A stretch of DNA of 64,000 nt from Clostridiaceae bacterium. GTDB lineage: Bacteria; Bacillota; Clostridia; Saccharofermentanales; DTU023. Shown here one piece after another: positions 25,943-34,486 of the stretch. Both the position numbers and the translations under genes were made by a program. The notes below the pieces were generated by a model. It had not been told where the DNA came from. It made no database searches and worked only from the letters and a program-made list of their open reading frames with translations. Where the stretch lies: the NCBI GenBank assembly GCA_012799825.1, contig JAAZKK010000023.1:3953-67952 (forward strand), read 5' to 3'. The first letter of the stretch is position 1. Every line of letters begins with the position of its first letter.

Positions 25943-26800
25943 GTGCGAATCGCACTTTATCCCAACCGTGATCGCGATCACGGTTATGAAATCACAAAAC
26001 GTCTTGCTCAACGTATTACAGAATATGGTGCTCAAGCGGTGCTTGAAAACGATGTCGCGCCGGATCTTTCGTGTAAAGTGCCCATAGAACGCGCTTCCTA
26101 TTCGACTTGCGATGTGATGATTGTCCTAGGAGGAGACGGAACCTTTCTGTCAGCAGCACATCTTGTCAGCGCGCTCCATATTCCGAAAACAGGCATTAAC
26201 TTGGGCAGTGTCGGTTTTCTTCTTGAAGCGGAGCCCGGTCAGATCGATGAAGTGGTCAAAAAGTTGGTGACCGGAGATTATCATATTGAGACTCGCTCGT
26301 TGCTTGCCTCTTATTATGAGCGATTGAACGGTACACCGCATGACGTCGAGTACGCTCTAAACGACGTAGTCCTCGCGCGAGGAAACATCGCGAAGACGAT
26401 TACAATCGAATTGTCTATCGATGGAGAAACAGTCGATCATATTCCGGGTGACGGCGTAATCATTGCGACGTCGACCGGTTCAACGGCTTATTCGCTTTCT
26501 GTCGGCGGTCCGATCCTCGATCCCTCATTAGAGGTGATACTTGTGTCGACGATTTGTCCTCACACTTTGCACGATCGATCGTTTGTGTTGAAATCGGACG
26601 CCGAAATTCGGTTGGCGCTTATCTCAAAAGAAGATGAAGCCTTTCTTACGGTAGACGGACGTGCGTTCTATGCCGTCGAACAAGGGGATAGTATTACGGT
26701 GCGAACAGCGCCGCACAAGTTGCCTATGATCAAGCTTTGGGAAGACGCTTTTTTCAAAAGTCTTCCCGATAAAATCCAGAAGAGAGGTGTGTCGCGATGA
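25943..26800 (+). CDS. nadK: NAD kinase
   Basis: It contains LGGDGTFL, NLGSVGFL and STGSTAYSLSVGGPI. Confidence 0.92.
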   Translation: MRIALYPNRDRDHGYEITKRLAQRITEYGAQAVLENDVAPDLSCKVPIERASYSTCDVMIVLGGDGTFLSAAHLVSALHIPKTGINLGSVGFLLEAEPGQIDEVVKKLVTGDYHIETRSLLASYYERLNGTPHDVEYALNDVVLARGNIAKTITIELSIDGETVDHIPGDGVIIATSTGSTAYSLSVGGPILDPSLEVILVSTICPHTLHDRSFVLKSDAEIRLALISKEDEAFLTVDGRAFYAVEQGDSITVRTAPHKLPMIKLWEDAFFKSLPDKIQKRGVSR

Positions 26801-27291
26801 AGAAAACGTCTAAAAAGCAACGTCAGGCACGAATTTTACGTATCGTAAATGAAGAGACGGTAGAGACGCAGTCAGACCTTGTCGAAATGCTGCGAAAATC
26901 CGGTATGGAAGTCACACAGGCGACGGTCTCAAGGGACATTAAGGAGTTAGGTATCGTCAAGGTTATGACGGGACGGGGAACGCAGAAATACGTCACACTC
27001 AGCCACAGCGGAGATGCTGCCTCAGGGCGTCTAAGGCGTGTCTTCGCTGAAGCGGTCATGTCCATCAAATGTGCCAATGCATTTGTCATCATCAAAACGC
27101 TGCCGGGTTTGGCGCAAGGTGCTGCTTCCGCGCTCGATTCAATGTATTTTGACGAGATCCTCGGCACGTTGGCAGGAGATGACACGATTTTTGTCGGCAC
27201 GCCGGACAATAATTCCGCTAAGGCACTTTGTTTGAAACTCTTGACGTTATCAAAGGCCGATGTGACTGAAGAACATGTTGGGGAGGCTTGA
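26797..27291 (+). CDS. argR: Arginine repressor
   Basis: It has an N-terminal winged helix (RQARILRIVNEETVETQSDLVEMLRKSGMEVTQATVSRDIKELG). The C-terminal oligomerisation domain contains GTLAGDDTIFV. Confidence 0.9.
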   Translation: MKKTSKKQRQARILRIVNEETVETQSDLVEMLRKSGMEVTQATVSRDIKELGIVKVMTGRGTQKYVTLSHSGDAASGRLRRVFAEAVMSIKCANAFVIIKTLPGLAQGAASALDSMYFDEILGTLAGDDTIFVGTPDNNSAKALCLKLLTLSKADVTEEHVGEA

Positions 27292-27302
27292 CCTGCTCAT
27301 CC

Positions 27303-28967
27303 ATGATTCAACGCGTTGAAATTGATACATTTGCATTAGCGGATCATCTGGGCATTGATTTTGGCCCGGGTTTTACCGTCCTTTCGGGAGAAACGGGCGC
27401 AGGAAAATCGATCCTCATTGATGCGCTCGAATTCGCGTCGGGCGGACGCGCTGATCGATCCATGATTCGATCAGGTGCCGATGAAGCATCCGTTTCGATT
27501 CTGTTTAAGGATGAAGAAGTATCCTGCGAAAGCAGTACCGACGGAGAGATTCTGTTTGTGCGGTCATTTCGCACGAATGGACGCGGCTATGCCCGTCTGA
27601 ACGGGCGGCTTGCGACGGTAGGAGAACTTCGTGAGGCGTCCTCATCGCGCCTTGCGATTCATAGCCAAAGTGATCAGCAATTGATTTTCAAAGAAAATGT
27701 CCATTTGGAACTTTTGGATTCATACGGCGGAGCGTCGGTGGCAGCGGCACTCGACGCGTACACGGCGTTATACGAGTCTTATAGTCGCGTTGAACAGCGA
27801 CTGAAAGCGCTTCATCTCGATCCGGAAACACGAGCGCGCCGACGCGATATTCTTCTTTATCAGCAGAATGAAATTGAACAGGCCGGCATCGCCAAAGATG
27901 AGGAAGAGACGCTCTTAAAGCGGATCAAGACTCTGACGGCCGTCCGTGACATCGTTGCCCACGTCAACCGGGCGCTTTATGAATTGGAATCCGACGATGA
28001 CCGCTCCGCATCAGGACATCTAAAGCGCGCTATCACCGAGCTTGAATCGGCCGGTCGCAAGAGCGCGCTTCTCAAGGAGCTGGCAGAACGCGCCGCTCTG
28101 GTTCAAACATCATTAAGAGAAATAATTTTTGAGCTCGATCGTCTGCAAGAAAAGTTAGACGACCGACCCGAGGCGTTAGAAGAAGCTAATCAGCGCCTCG
28201 TATTCCTTCGAAGATTGCAAGAAAAATACGGACAGGGGCTCGATCGCGTTCTTGCCTATGCAGATCAAGCACGTGAAGAAATCGATAAGATCGACGCGAC
28301 GGATCTTGAGCTTCGCCAATTAACGGAGCAACGTCAGGATTTGTCGCAGGCGATTATAGAAGCCGATGCGCGGCTTTACAGCGCGCGTGTTTACGCGGCG
28401 GAGAATCTATCGCGGGCGGTCAATCGCGAGCTTTCCGACCTCAATATGAACGACGCCGTCTTTGACGTTTCTATTGAATCGATCTCTCGGGAAGGGGGGC
28501 GTTTTCACCGAAAGCCCCACCTTGTCCGTTTTTTGATTCGTCCGAATCCCGGTGAGCCGATGATGCCTCTTGTGTCTATTGTTTCAGGTGGTGAGGCGTC
28601 GCGTGTGCTCTTGGCAATCAAGACGGTACTCGCTGCCGTTGACCGCGTGTCGACGATTATCTTTGATGAGATTGATACGGGAATCAGTGGGAAAACGACG
28701 ACCATGATCGCGAGAAAATTGACGTCGATTTCTCGTCATGCGCAGGTGCTCTGTGTGACCCACAGTGCGCAGATTGCTGCCGTGGCCGACGCGCACTTTT
28801 TAGTTGGCAAAGAGGAAAAAGAGGGGCGAACGGTCATGACCGTTCGGCAATTAAACCATAAGGAGCGTGTAGCGGAGGTCGCTCGCCTTTTGACCGGTAG
28901 ACCGGATGATCCATCATCGCTGGCACTTGCTTCGAAGATGGTTAAAGGAGGCATTCCATATGTGTAA
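27303..28967 (+). CDS. recN: DNA repair protein RecN
   Basis: MIQRVEIDTFALADHLGIDFGPGFTVLSGETGAGKSI aligns residue-for-residue with the canonical RecN N-terminus. A coiled-coil middle follows, and the C-terminus has SGGEASRV and IFDEIDTGISG. Confidence 0.92.
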   Translation: MIQRVEIDTFALADHLGIDFGPGFTVLSGETGAGKSILIDALEFASGGRADRSMIRSGADEASVSILFKDEEVSCESSTDGEILFVRSFRTNGRGYARLNGRLATVGELREASSSRLAIHSQSDQQLIFKENVHLELLDSYGGASVAAALDAYTALYESYSRVEQRLKALHLDPETRARRRDILLYQQNEIEQAGIAKDEEETLLKRIKTLTAVRDIVAHVNRALYELESDDDRSASGHLKRAITELESAGRKSALLKELAERAALVQTSLREIIFELDRLQEKLDDRPEALEEANQRLVFLRRLQEKYGQGLDRVLAYADQAREEIDKIDATDLELRQLTEQRQDLSQAIIEADARLYSARVYAAENLSRAVNRELSDLNMNDAVFDVSIESISREGGRFHRKPHLVRFLIRPNPGEPMMPLVSIVSGGEASRVLLAIKTVLAAVDRVSTIIFDEIDTGISGKTTTMIARKLTSISRHAQVLCVTHSAQIAAVADAHFLVGKEEKEGRTVMTVRQLNHKERVAEVARLLTGRPDDPSSLALASKMVKGGIPYV

Positions 28968-30489
28968 GCACGATCAACATTTAGTGCTTGACGGACATTC
29001 TTTGACGCCGGAAGACGTTCGACGCGTCGCGATCGATCGCGCGGTGACGTGTGTGATCGATGACAACGCATGCGCCAAAATGGAAACTTCTTACGCGCTT
29101 GTGCGCCGCATCATGGCGAGCAAAAAGCCGACCTATGGAATATCCACGGGGTTTGGCGAGTTTAGTCATGTTTATATTTCAGAATCTCAGAATAAAGCGC
29201 TACAGATCAACTTGATAAGGAGTCATGCTTCGGCGACGGGCGACCTGTTGCCGCGTCAGGTGGTGCGCGCAATGATGCTTTTGCGATTGAATGCGTTTGC
29301 TATCGGATATTCCGGCATCAATCCCGTTGTCGCCGATTTGCTTTTAGCACTTTTGAACAACGATATTGTTCCTGTTGTACCCTGTCAAGGTTCGCTTGGC
29401 GCGTCAGGCGATTTAGCCAACCTCGCGCACATGGCGCTTGTATTGGTCGGGGAGGGCGAAGCGGAGGCAGACGGGCGCGTCATGAGTGGCGCGGAAGCGT
29501 TGCGACAATACGGACTTCAGCCGGTCACGCTGACCGGCAAGGACGGGCTTGCGCTGATTAACGGCACCTCGATGATGTTGAGTCTGGGCATACGCGCGCT
29601 CTTGGACGCGGAACGCTGTCTTCAGGCGGCCAACGCGGCGGCGGCGCTGTCTCTTGAGGCGCTTCGCGGATTTCGCAATGCCTTTGACCCGCGCATACAC
29701 GAGCTTCGCTCGCAGAAGGGGCAGATCTTGGTTGCCCAAACGCTGCTTCATTGGCTTCAAGGTTCCGAATATGCTGATACGCGCGAAGAAGATGTGCAAG
29801 ACGCCTATACACTTCGCTGTGTTCCGCAAGTTCACGGCGCCACGCTTGACGCATTGTGCTATGTTCGCGATATCTTAAATCGGGAATTGAACGCCGTGAC
29901 CGACAATCCCCTCGTTTTTCCTGAGACGGGTGAAGTTATTTCCGGAGGCAACTTTCATGGGCAACCGCTCGCTCTTGCGCTCGATCTTCTCGGGATAGCC
30001 ACGGCGGAGCTCGCCAATATCAGTGAGCGCCGGACAGAGCGTCTCGTAAATCCTCATTTATCAAATGGACTTCCGGCTTTTCTTGTGCACGGCGGCGGCG
30101 TTTGCTCCGGTTTAATGATCCCGCAATACGTTGCTGCATCACTCGTATCTGAAAATAAAATTCTGGCTCATCCTGCGAGCGTCGATTCCATCACCTCATC
30201 GGCCAGCAAGGAAGACCACGTCAGCATGGGGGCGATCGCGGCGCGAAAGGCATCGACCATCGTCGATAATACACGACGTGTGATTGCCATTGAACTGATG
30301 TGTGCCGCCCAAGCGATCGATCTTCAGGAGCGCCGCCGGCTTGGGCGCGGCACGGAGGCCGTTTATCGAATGATTCGCGAGCACGTGGCGCCGCTCACTG
30401 AGGACAGACCGCCGTCACCGGATATTGAGGCGATTCAACGCGTCATCGGCGATGGCCTGTTAGAGGAGGCATTGAACGCACTTTTGTAA
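28960..30489 (+). CDS. hutH: Histidine ammonia-lyase
   Basis: It has the MIO-forming GSLGASGDL motif and the lyase family pattern (NGTS, NFHG, QEDHVSMG-like KEDHVSMG). The start at 28960 has an aaaggagg RBS and overlaps the recN stop. Confidence 0.92.
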   Translation: MCKHDQHLVLDGHSLTPEDVRRVAIDRAVTCVIDDNACAKMETSYALVRRIMASKKPTYGISTGFGEFSHVYISESQNKALQINLIRSHASATGDLLPRQVVRAMMLLRLNAFAIGYSGINPVVADLLLALLNNDIVPVVPCQGSLGASGDLANLAHMALVLVGEGEAEADGRVMSGAEALRQYGLQPVTLTGKDGLALINGTSMMLSLGIRALLDAERCLQAANAAAALSLEALRGFRNAFDPRIHELRSQKGQILVAQTLLHWLQGSEYADTREEDVQDAYTLRCVPQVHGATLDALCYVRDILNRELNAVTDNPLVFPETGEVISGGNFHGQPLALALDLLGIATAELANISERRTERLVNPHLSNGLPAFLVHGGGVCSGLMIPQYVAASLVSENKILAHPASVDSITSSASKEDHVSMGAIAARKASTIVDNTRRVIAIELMCAAQAIDLQERRRLGRGTEAVYRMIREHVAPLTEDRPPSPDIEAIQRVIGDGLLEEALNALL

Positions 30490-30563
30490 TTGCGTTTCGT
30501 TATAGAGTTTTTTACACTAAAGGTTCAGCTAATAAGCTGCCAATAAACGAGAAAGGCTAGAAG

Positions 30564-31205
30564 ATGAAGAAATATGCAGATTATTCCATTCGTGATTATG
30601 TCTCTGTCGCGTCCACAGACGCTCCGACGCCGGGAGGTGGCAGTGTTTCTGCTGTCGTTGGCGCGTTAGGCGCGGCTTTAGGTCAGATGGTCTATCATCT
30701 GTCAGTTCATAAGAAATCCTATCAGGCTCATGATGAAGCGACAAAAGCTGCTGTCGAATGTGATTTTCAAGCGTTGGAGTCACTTCAGGAAGATTTTATA
30801 CGTTTGATCGATGAAGATGTCGCCGCATTCAATACATTTATGGGGGCGCTCAAGCTTCCAAAGACAACCGAAGAGGAACGTAAAATTCGGCAAGATGCTA
30901 TGGAACAAGCCAGCATCGTGGCGACAAAAGCGCCACTGGAAACGGCGAAAAAAGCATATGAAACACTTGAGCGCATTGAGGATCTTGCGCGTTGCGGCCA
31001 CACGAACTGTATTTCAGACGCCGGTGTGTCGGCCTATTGCGCATTTGCCGCGTTACAAAGCGCTGTCATGAATGTGCGCATCAATCTGGGTGGTATTTCA
31101 GACGAGGCATTTACGTCTGAAGCGGAGGCTCTATGCGTCCGCCTCTTGGATGAAGCGGAGGTTAAAACGGAGAAAATCGTTAAGATTGTCTACGATCGAT
31201 TGTGA
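30564..31205 (+). CDS. Cyclodeaminase/cyclohydrolase family protein (FTCD C-terminal domain-like)
   Basis: This 213-aa all-helical protein contains SVASTDAPTPGGGSVSAVVGALGAAL, which is typical of the formimino-THF cyclodeaminase family. It lies next to hutH. Confidence 0.75.
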   Translation: MKKYADYSIRDYVSVASTDAPTPGGGSVSAVVGALGAALGQMVYHLSVHKKSYQAHDEATKAAVECDFQALESLQEDFIRLIDEDVAAFNTFMGALKLPKTTEEERKIRQDAMEQASIVATKAPLETAKKAYETLERIEDLARCGHTNCISDAGVSAYCAFAALQSAVMNVRINLGGISDEAFTSEAEALCVRLLDEAEVKTEKIVKIVYDRL

Positions 31206-31209
31206 TTGA

Positions 31210-31238
31210 TTGACATTTTTACGTTTGCCTCATAAACT
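31210..31238 (+). promoter_or_regulatory. Candidate sigma-A promoter upstream of rny
   Basis: The sequence reads TTGACA, a 17-nt spacer, then TAAACT. It lies ~115 nt upstream of the rny ORF. Confidence 0.4.
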
Positions 31239-31352
31239 GATCATAATGATTTGAACAATCAATAGAAAGCAGAATGAAGTGTTTCTGTGCTTTTTTCTGC
31301 TTTTCACTGTGATTAAGGCATTTCATAAATATTTATCATTGTAGCTTGATAA

Positions 31353-32936
31353 TTGAATACGGAGGTGATTACCATAGAATGGCTATACGGGGTAATCGGT
31401 TTACTTGTCGGCGTCATCATGGCGTGGGGTACGACCGCGCTATTTTACCATAGAGGTCTTAGTAAGAAAGCGAAAGAACTTGAAGACTCAAGGGTGAGGA
31501 CAGAAAACGAAGCCAAATCGATCATTAGTGAGGCGGTGCGTAAGGGAGAAAACCGTAGACGAGAGTTGTTGCTCTCCATGAAAGAAGAGGTTCAGACCGC
31601 GCGTCATACTCTGGAATGCGATGTGCGCGAAAAACGCCAAGAATTGATGCGTGAGCGCCAGCGTTTGGAGCAGAAGGAATCGACACTCGATCGCAGGATA
31701 CAAAGTCTCGAGGATCGCGAACACAACTTCAAAGAACGTGAAAGCGCTCTGAAGGAGAAAGAAGAAGAGCTCAACACTGTCGAAATCAAAAAGATGGAAG
31801 AGCTGGAACGAGTGGCAGGTCTTACTGTCGTCGATGCGAGAGCGCAAGTGCTTGAGGAAGCGGAACATGTGTATCGACACGATCTAGCGCTGAAATTCAG
31901 GGTCTTGGAAGAAGAAGCGGCCGCTTCTTGTGAAGAGAAGGCAAGAGAGCTGGTGGTCAGTACCATTCAGCGCTATGCCTGCGATTACGTGTCCGAAGCG
32001 ACGGTATCCGTTGTTGTGCTCCCGAACGAAGAGATGAAGGGGCGCATTATCGGTCGAGAAGGGCGCAACATTCGAACGATTGAACAGCTGACGGGCGTTG
32101 ACTTAATCATTGATGACACACCGGAGGCCGTCATCCTCTCCAGTTTTGATCCGATTCGTCGTGAAATCGCGCGGATCAGTATTGAAAAGCTGGTAAAAGA
32201 TGGACGGATCCATCCGACACGCATCGAAGAAATGGTGAAAAAAGCCACACGCGAAGTTGACAACGCTATTCGTGAAGCCGGCGAACAAGCGGTCTTTGAC
32301 ACCGGTGTCGTGGGGCTTCCGCAAGAGATTATTCGCTTGTTGGGCAGATTACGTTATCGCACAAGTTACGGCCAAAATGTGCTGCAGCATTCCATTGAAG
32401 TTTGCTGGATTGCCGGCATGTTGGCGGCAGAACTTGACCTTGACGTAAGCGCCGCGAAAAAAGCCGGTCTTTTACACGACATTGGCAAAGCGATCGACTT
32501 TGAGCGCGACGGCTCACACGTTCAGCTTGGAGCAGAGGTCGCACGCCGATATAAACTGGATCCCATAACATTGAACAGTATTGAATCTCATCACGGGGAT
32601 GTCGAGCCGGAATCGCTCATCGCGTGTCTGGTAGCGGCGGCGGACGCAATTTCCGCTGCGCGACCCGGGGCACGTCGCGAGAATATCGAAATGTACATTC
32701 AGCGAGTGCAGAAACTGGAAGACATCGCGAGCTCGATGGACGGCGTAGAAAAATCTTATGCCGTACAGGCCGGTCGCGAGATCCGTGTCATCGTTCTTCC
32801 TGAGGAAGTGGACGATGACTCGATGCCGCTTTTGGCACATCAGATCTGTAAGAAGATTGAAGAGGAGCTCAATTTCCCGGGTCAGATCAAAGTGAATGTG
32901 ATCCGAGAAAGCCGCTACAGCGAAGTAGCAAAGTAA
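31353..32936 (+). CDS. rny: Ribonuclease Y
   Basis: It has an N-terminal TM, a coiled coil, a KH domain ([12 protein letters not shown]) and an HD domain ([21 protein letters not shown]). The start codon is uncertain: ggaggtga lies inside the first listed codons. Confidence 0.93.
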   Translation: MNTEVITIEWLYGVIGLLVGVIMAWGTTALFYHRGLSKKAKELEDSRVRTENEAKSIISEAVRKGENRRRELLLSMKEEVQTARHTLECDVREKRQELMRERQRLEQKESTLDRRIQSLEDREHNFKERESALKEKEEELNTVEIKKMEELERVAGLTVVDARAQVLEEAEHVYRHDLALKFRVLEEEAAASCEEKARELVVSTIQRYACDYVSEATVSVVVLPNEEMKGRIIGREGRNIRTIEQLTGVDLIIDDTPEAVILSSFDPIRREIARISIEKLVKDGRIHPTRIEEMVKKATREVDNAIREAGEQAVFDTGVVGLPQEIIRLLGRLRYRTSYGQNVLQHSIEVCWIAGMLAAELDLDVSAAKKAGLLHDIGKAIDFERDGSHVQLGAEVARRYKLDPITLNSIESHHGDVEPESLIACLVAAADAISAARPGARRENIEMYIQRVQKLEDIASSMDGVEKSYAVQAGREIRVIVLPEEVDDDSMPLLAHQICKKIEEELNFPGQIKVNVIRESRYSEVAK

Positions 32937-32949
32937 AGTCATTTGAAAC

Positions 32950-32983
32950 GTTCCGGAAGGGTGTTGACGCATCCTTCCGGAAC
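32950..32983 (+). terminator. Strong hairpin after rny (no clear T-run)
   Basis: An 11-bp stem, gttccggaagg / ccttccggaac, flanks a 12-nt loop and lies 14 nt after the rny stop. Confidence 0.4.
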
Positions 32984-33177
32984 ACGCGTGAGAGTGTTTC
33001 TCGCTTACGTTGCGGGAAGCCTCTTTTTTATTTACAGGTTTCTTCGTTCTTATTCGTCGCCTGTCGAACGTCATCGTTACTTTTCTTTCGTTGCGGTTTA
33101 TCAAAGAGAAGTGGTTGGAAATCTCTTTTTATTTATAAATGAATCGGTGAAGGCTCGAGACATGTATAATATGTAGT

Positions 33178-33648
33178 ATGAAAAATCAAGACGAAAACCC
33201 TAAAACGAAAACAGATGTAGTGATTTATACTGACGGCGCTTGCAGCGGGAATCCGGGACCAGGAGGATGGGCCGCGATTCTTATTGCGATGGGCGTTGAA
33301 AAAGAGATCTCCGGCTTTGATCCGGATACGACCAACAACCGCATGGAACTTACGGCTGCACTAGAGGCTTTGAAGGAGCTGAATCGTCCGTGCAATGTCA
33401 CGGTATATAGTGATAGCGCTTATCTGGTATCTGCTTTTAATGAAAATTGGATTCAGAATTGGCAGAAAAGGAATTGGAAAAACGCTGCCGGTATGCCGGT
33501 GAGCAACCGCGATCTTTGGGAGGCGCTCTGGGAAGAGCAGAAACAGCACACCATGACATGGAAGAAAGTGCGCGGACATGCGGACAATCCATACAACAAT
33601 CGCTGTGATAAAATGGCTGTCAATGAAATCAAGAAAAACACGCCCTGA
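33178..33648 (+). CDS. rnhA: Ribonuclease HI
   Basis: It contains VIYTDGACSGNPGPGGWAAIL, NNRMELTA, SDS.Y and KVRGHA..N..CD. No Shine-Dalgarno is visible, and TATAAT lies 7 nt upstream of the ATG. Confidence 0.9.
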   Translation: MKNQDENPKTKTDVVIYTDGACSGNPGPGGWAAILIAMGVEKEISGFDPDTTNNRMELTAALEALKELNRPCNVTVYSDSAYLVSAFNENWIQNWQKRNWKNAAGMPVSNRDLWEALWEEQKQHTMTWKKVRGHADNPYNNRCDKMAVNEIKKNTP

Positions 33649-33701
33649 CGGAAGTGTTTGAGCAGAACAGAACGATCAATGATAAAGAAGAGGCTCTTGT
33701 T

Positions 33702-34466
33702 ATGCGAGAAAAACAACGTGATGTTTTATCGGATGAGTTGGAGGGAAGAATGTCAAGATCCATCGAACGCGAACATCGAATTCGTAGTCCTTTTGCGGGA
33801 AAAGAAAATGCCGTTTCTAAGACTGAGTCTTTAAGTGGCGATACGGAGGACGTATTCGCATCGCCTGAGGAACTTTATTTGGAGGAAGAGGGAGTTGTCT
33901 CCGATCGCCCTAATTTAGAGGCCTTCCAAAGTATGAATATTAAGGTGGTGTCGTCCGTGCCGCGTTTTATCGGGCGAGTTTTTTCGGTAGAAGTCCAAGA
34001 TGTGGTGCTTCCGGACGGACGCAAGTCCTTTCGGGAAGTTGTGCGTCACCCGGGAGGTTCTTCAGTCGTCGCTTTGGATGCCGATAACCGCGTTTTACTC
34101 GTACGGCAGCATCGCGTGGGTTGTGACGGCTTGATGCGTGAAATTCCTGCGGGCAAACTGGATCCTCCGGAAGATTCTTTGACGTGCGCGCGGCGCGAAT
34201 TGAAAGAAGAAGGCGGCATTGTTGCCGATCGCTGGGATCTTTTGACACGTTTTTATCCGTCGCCGGGGTATACCGACGAGGTGATCAGCATCTATCTTGC
34301 GCGCGATCTCATCCACGGCAAGACTTCACCGGATGAAGGCGAATGGTTGACGTGCGAGTGGATTCCTTTTCATGAGGCGCTTCAGCAAGTGTACGACGGG
34401 ACGCTCTGTGACGGCAAAACATGTCTTGGAATTCTCTTGACCGCTGATCTATTGGATCTTCGCTAG
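33702..34466 (+). CDS. NUDIX hydrolase (ADP-ribose pyrophosphatase-like) with ~90-aa N-terminal extension
   Basis: The Nudix box is GKLDPPEDSLTCARRELKEEGG. I prefer the start at 33702 (gaagagg RBS) over the listed GTG at 33654. Confidence 0.8.
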   Translation: MREKQRDVLSDELEGRMSRSIEREHRIRSPFAGKENAVSKTESLSGDTEDVFASPEELYLEEEGVVSDRPNLEAFQSMNIKVVSSVPRFIGRVFSVEVQDVVLPDGRKSFREVVRHPGGSSVVALDADNRVLLVRQHRVGCDGLMREIPAGKLDPPEDSLTCARRELKEEGGIVADRWDLLTRFYPSPGYTDEVISIYLARDLIHGKTSPDEGEWLTCEWIPFHEALQQVYDGTLCDGKTCLGILLTADLLDLR

Positions 34467-34486
34467 AAATTAGGAGGGCAATCGTA

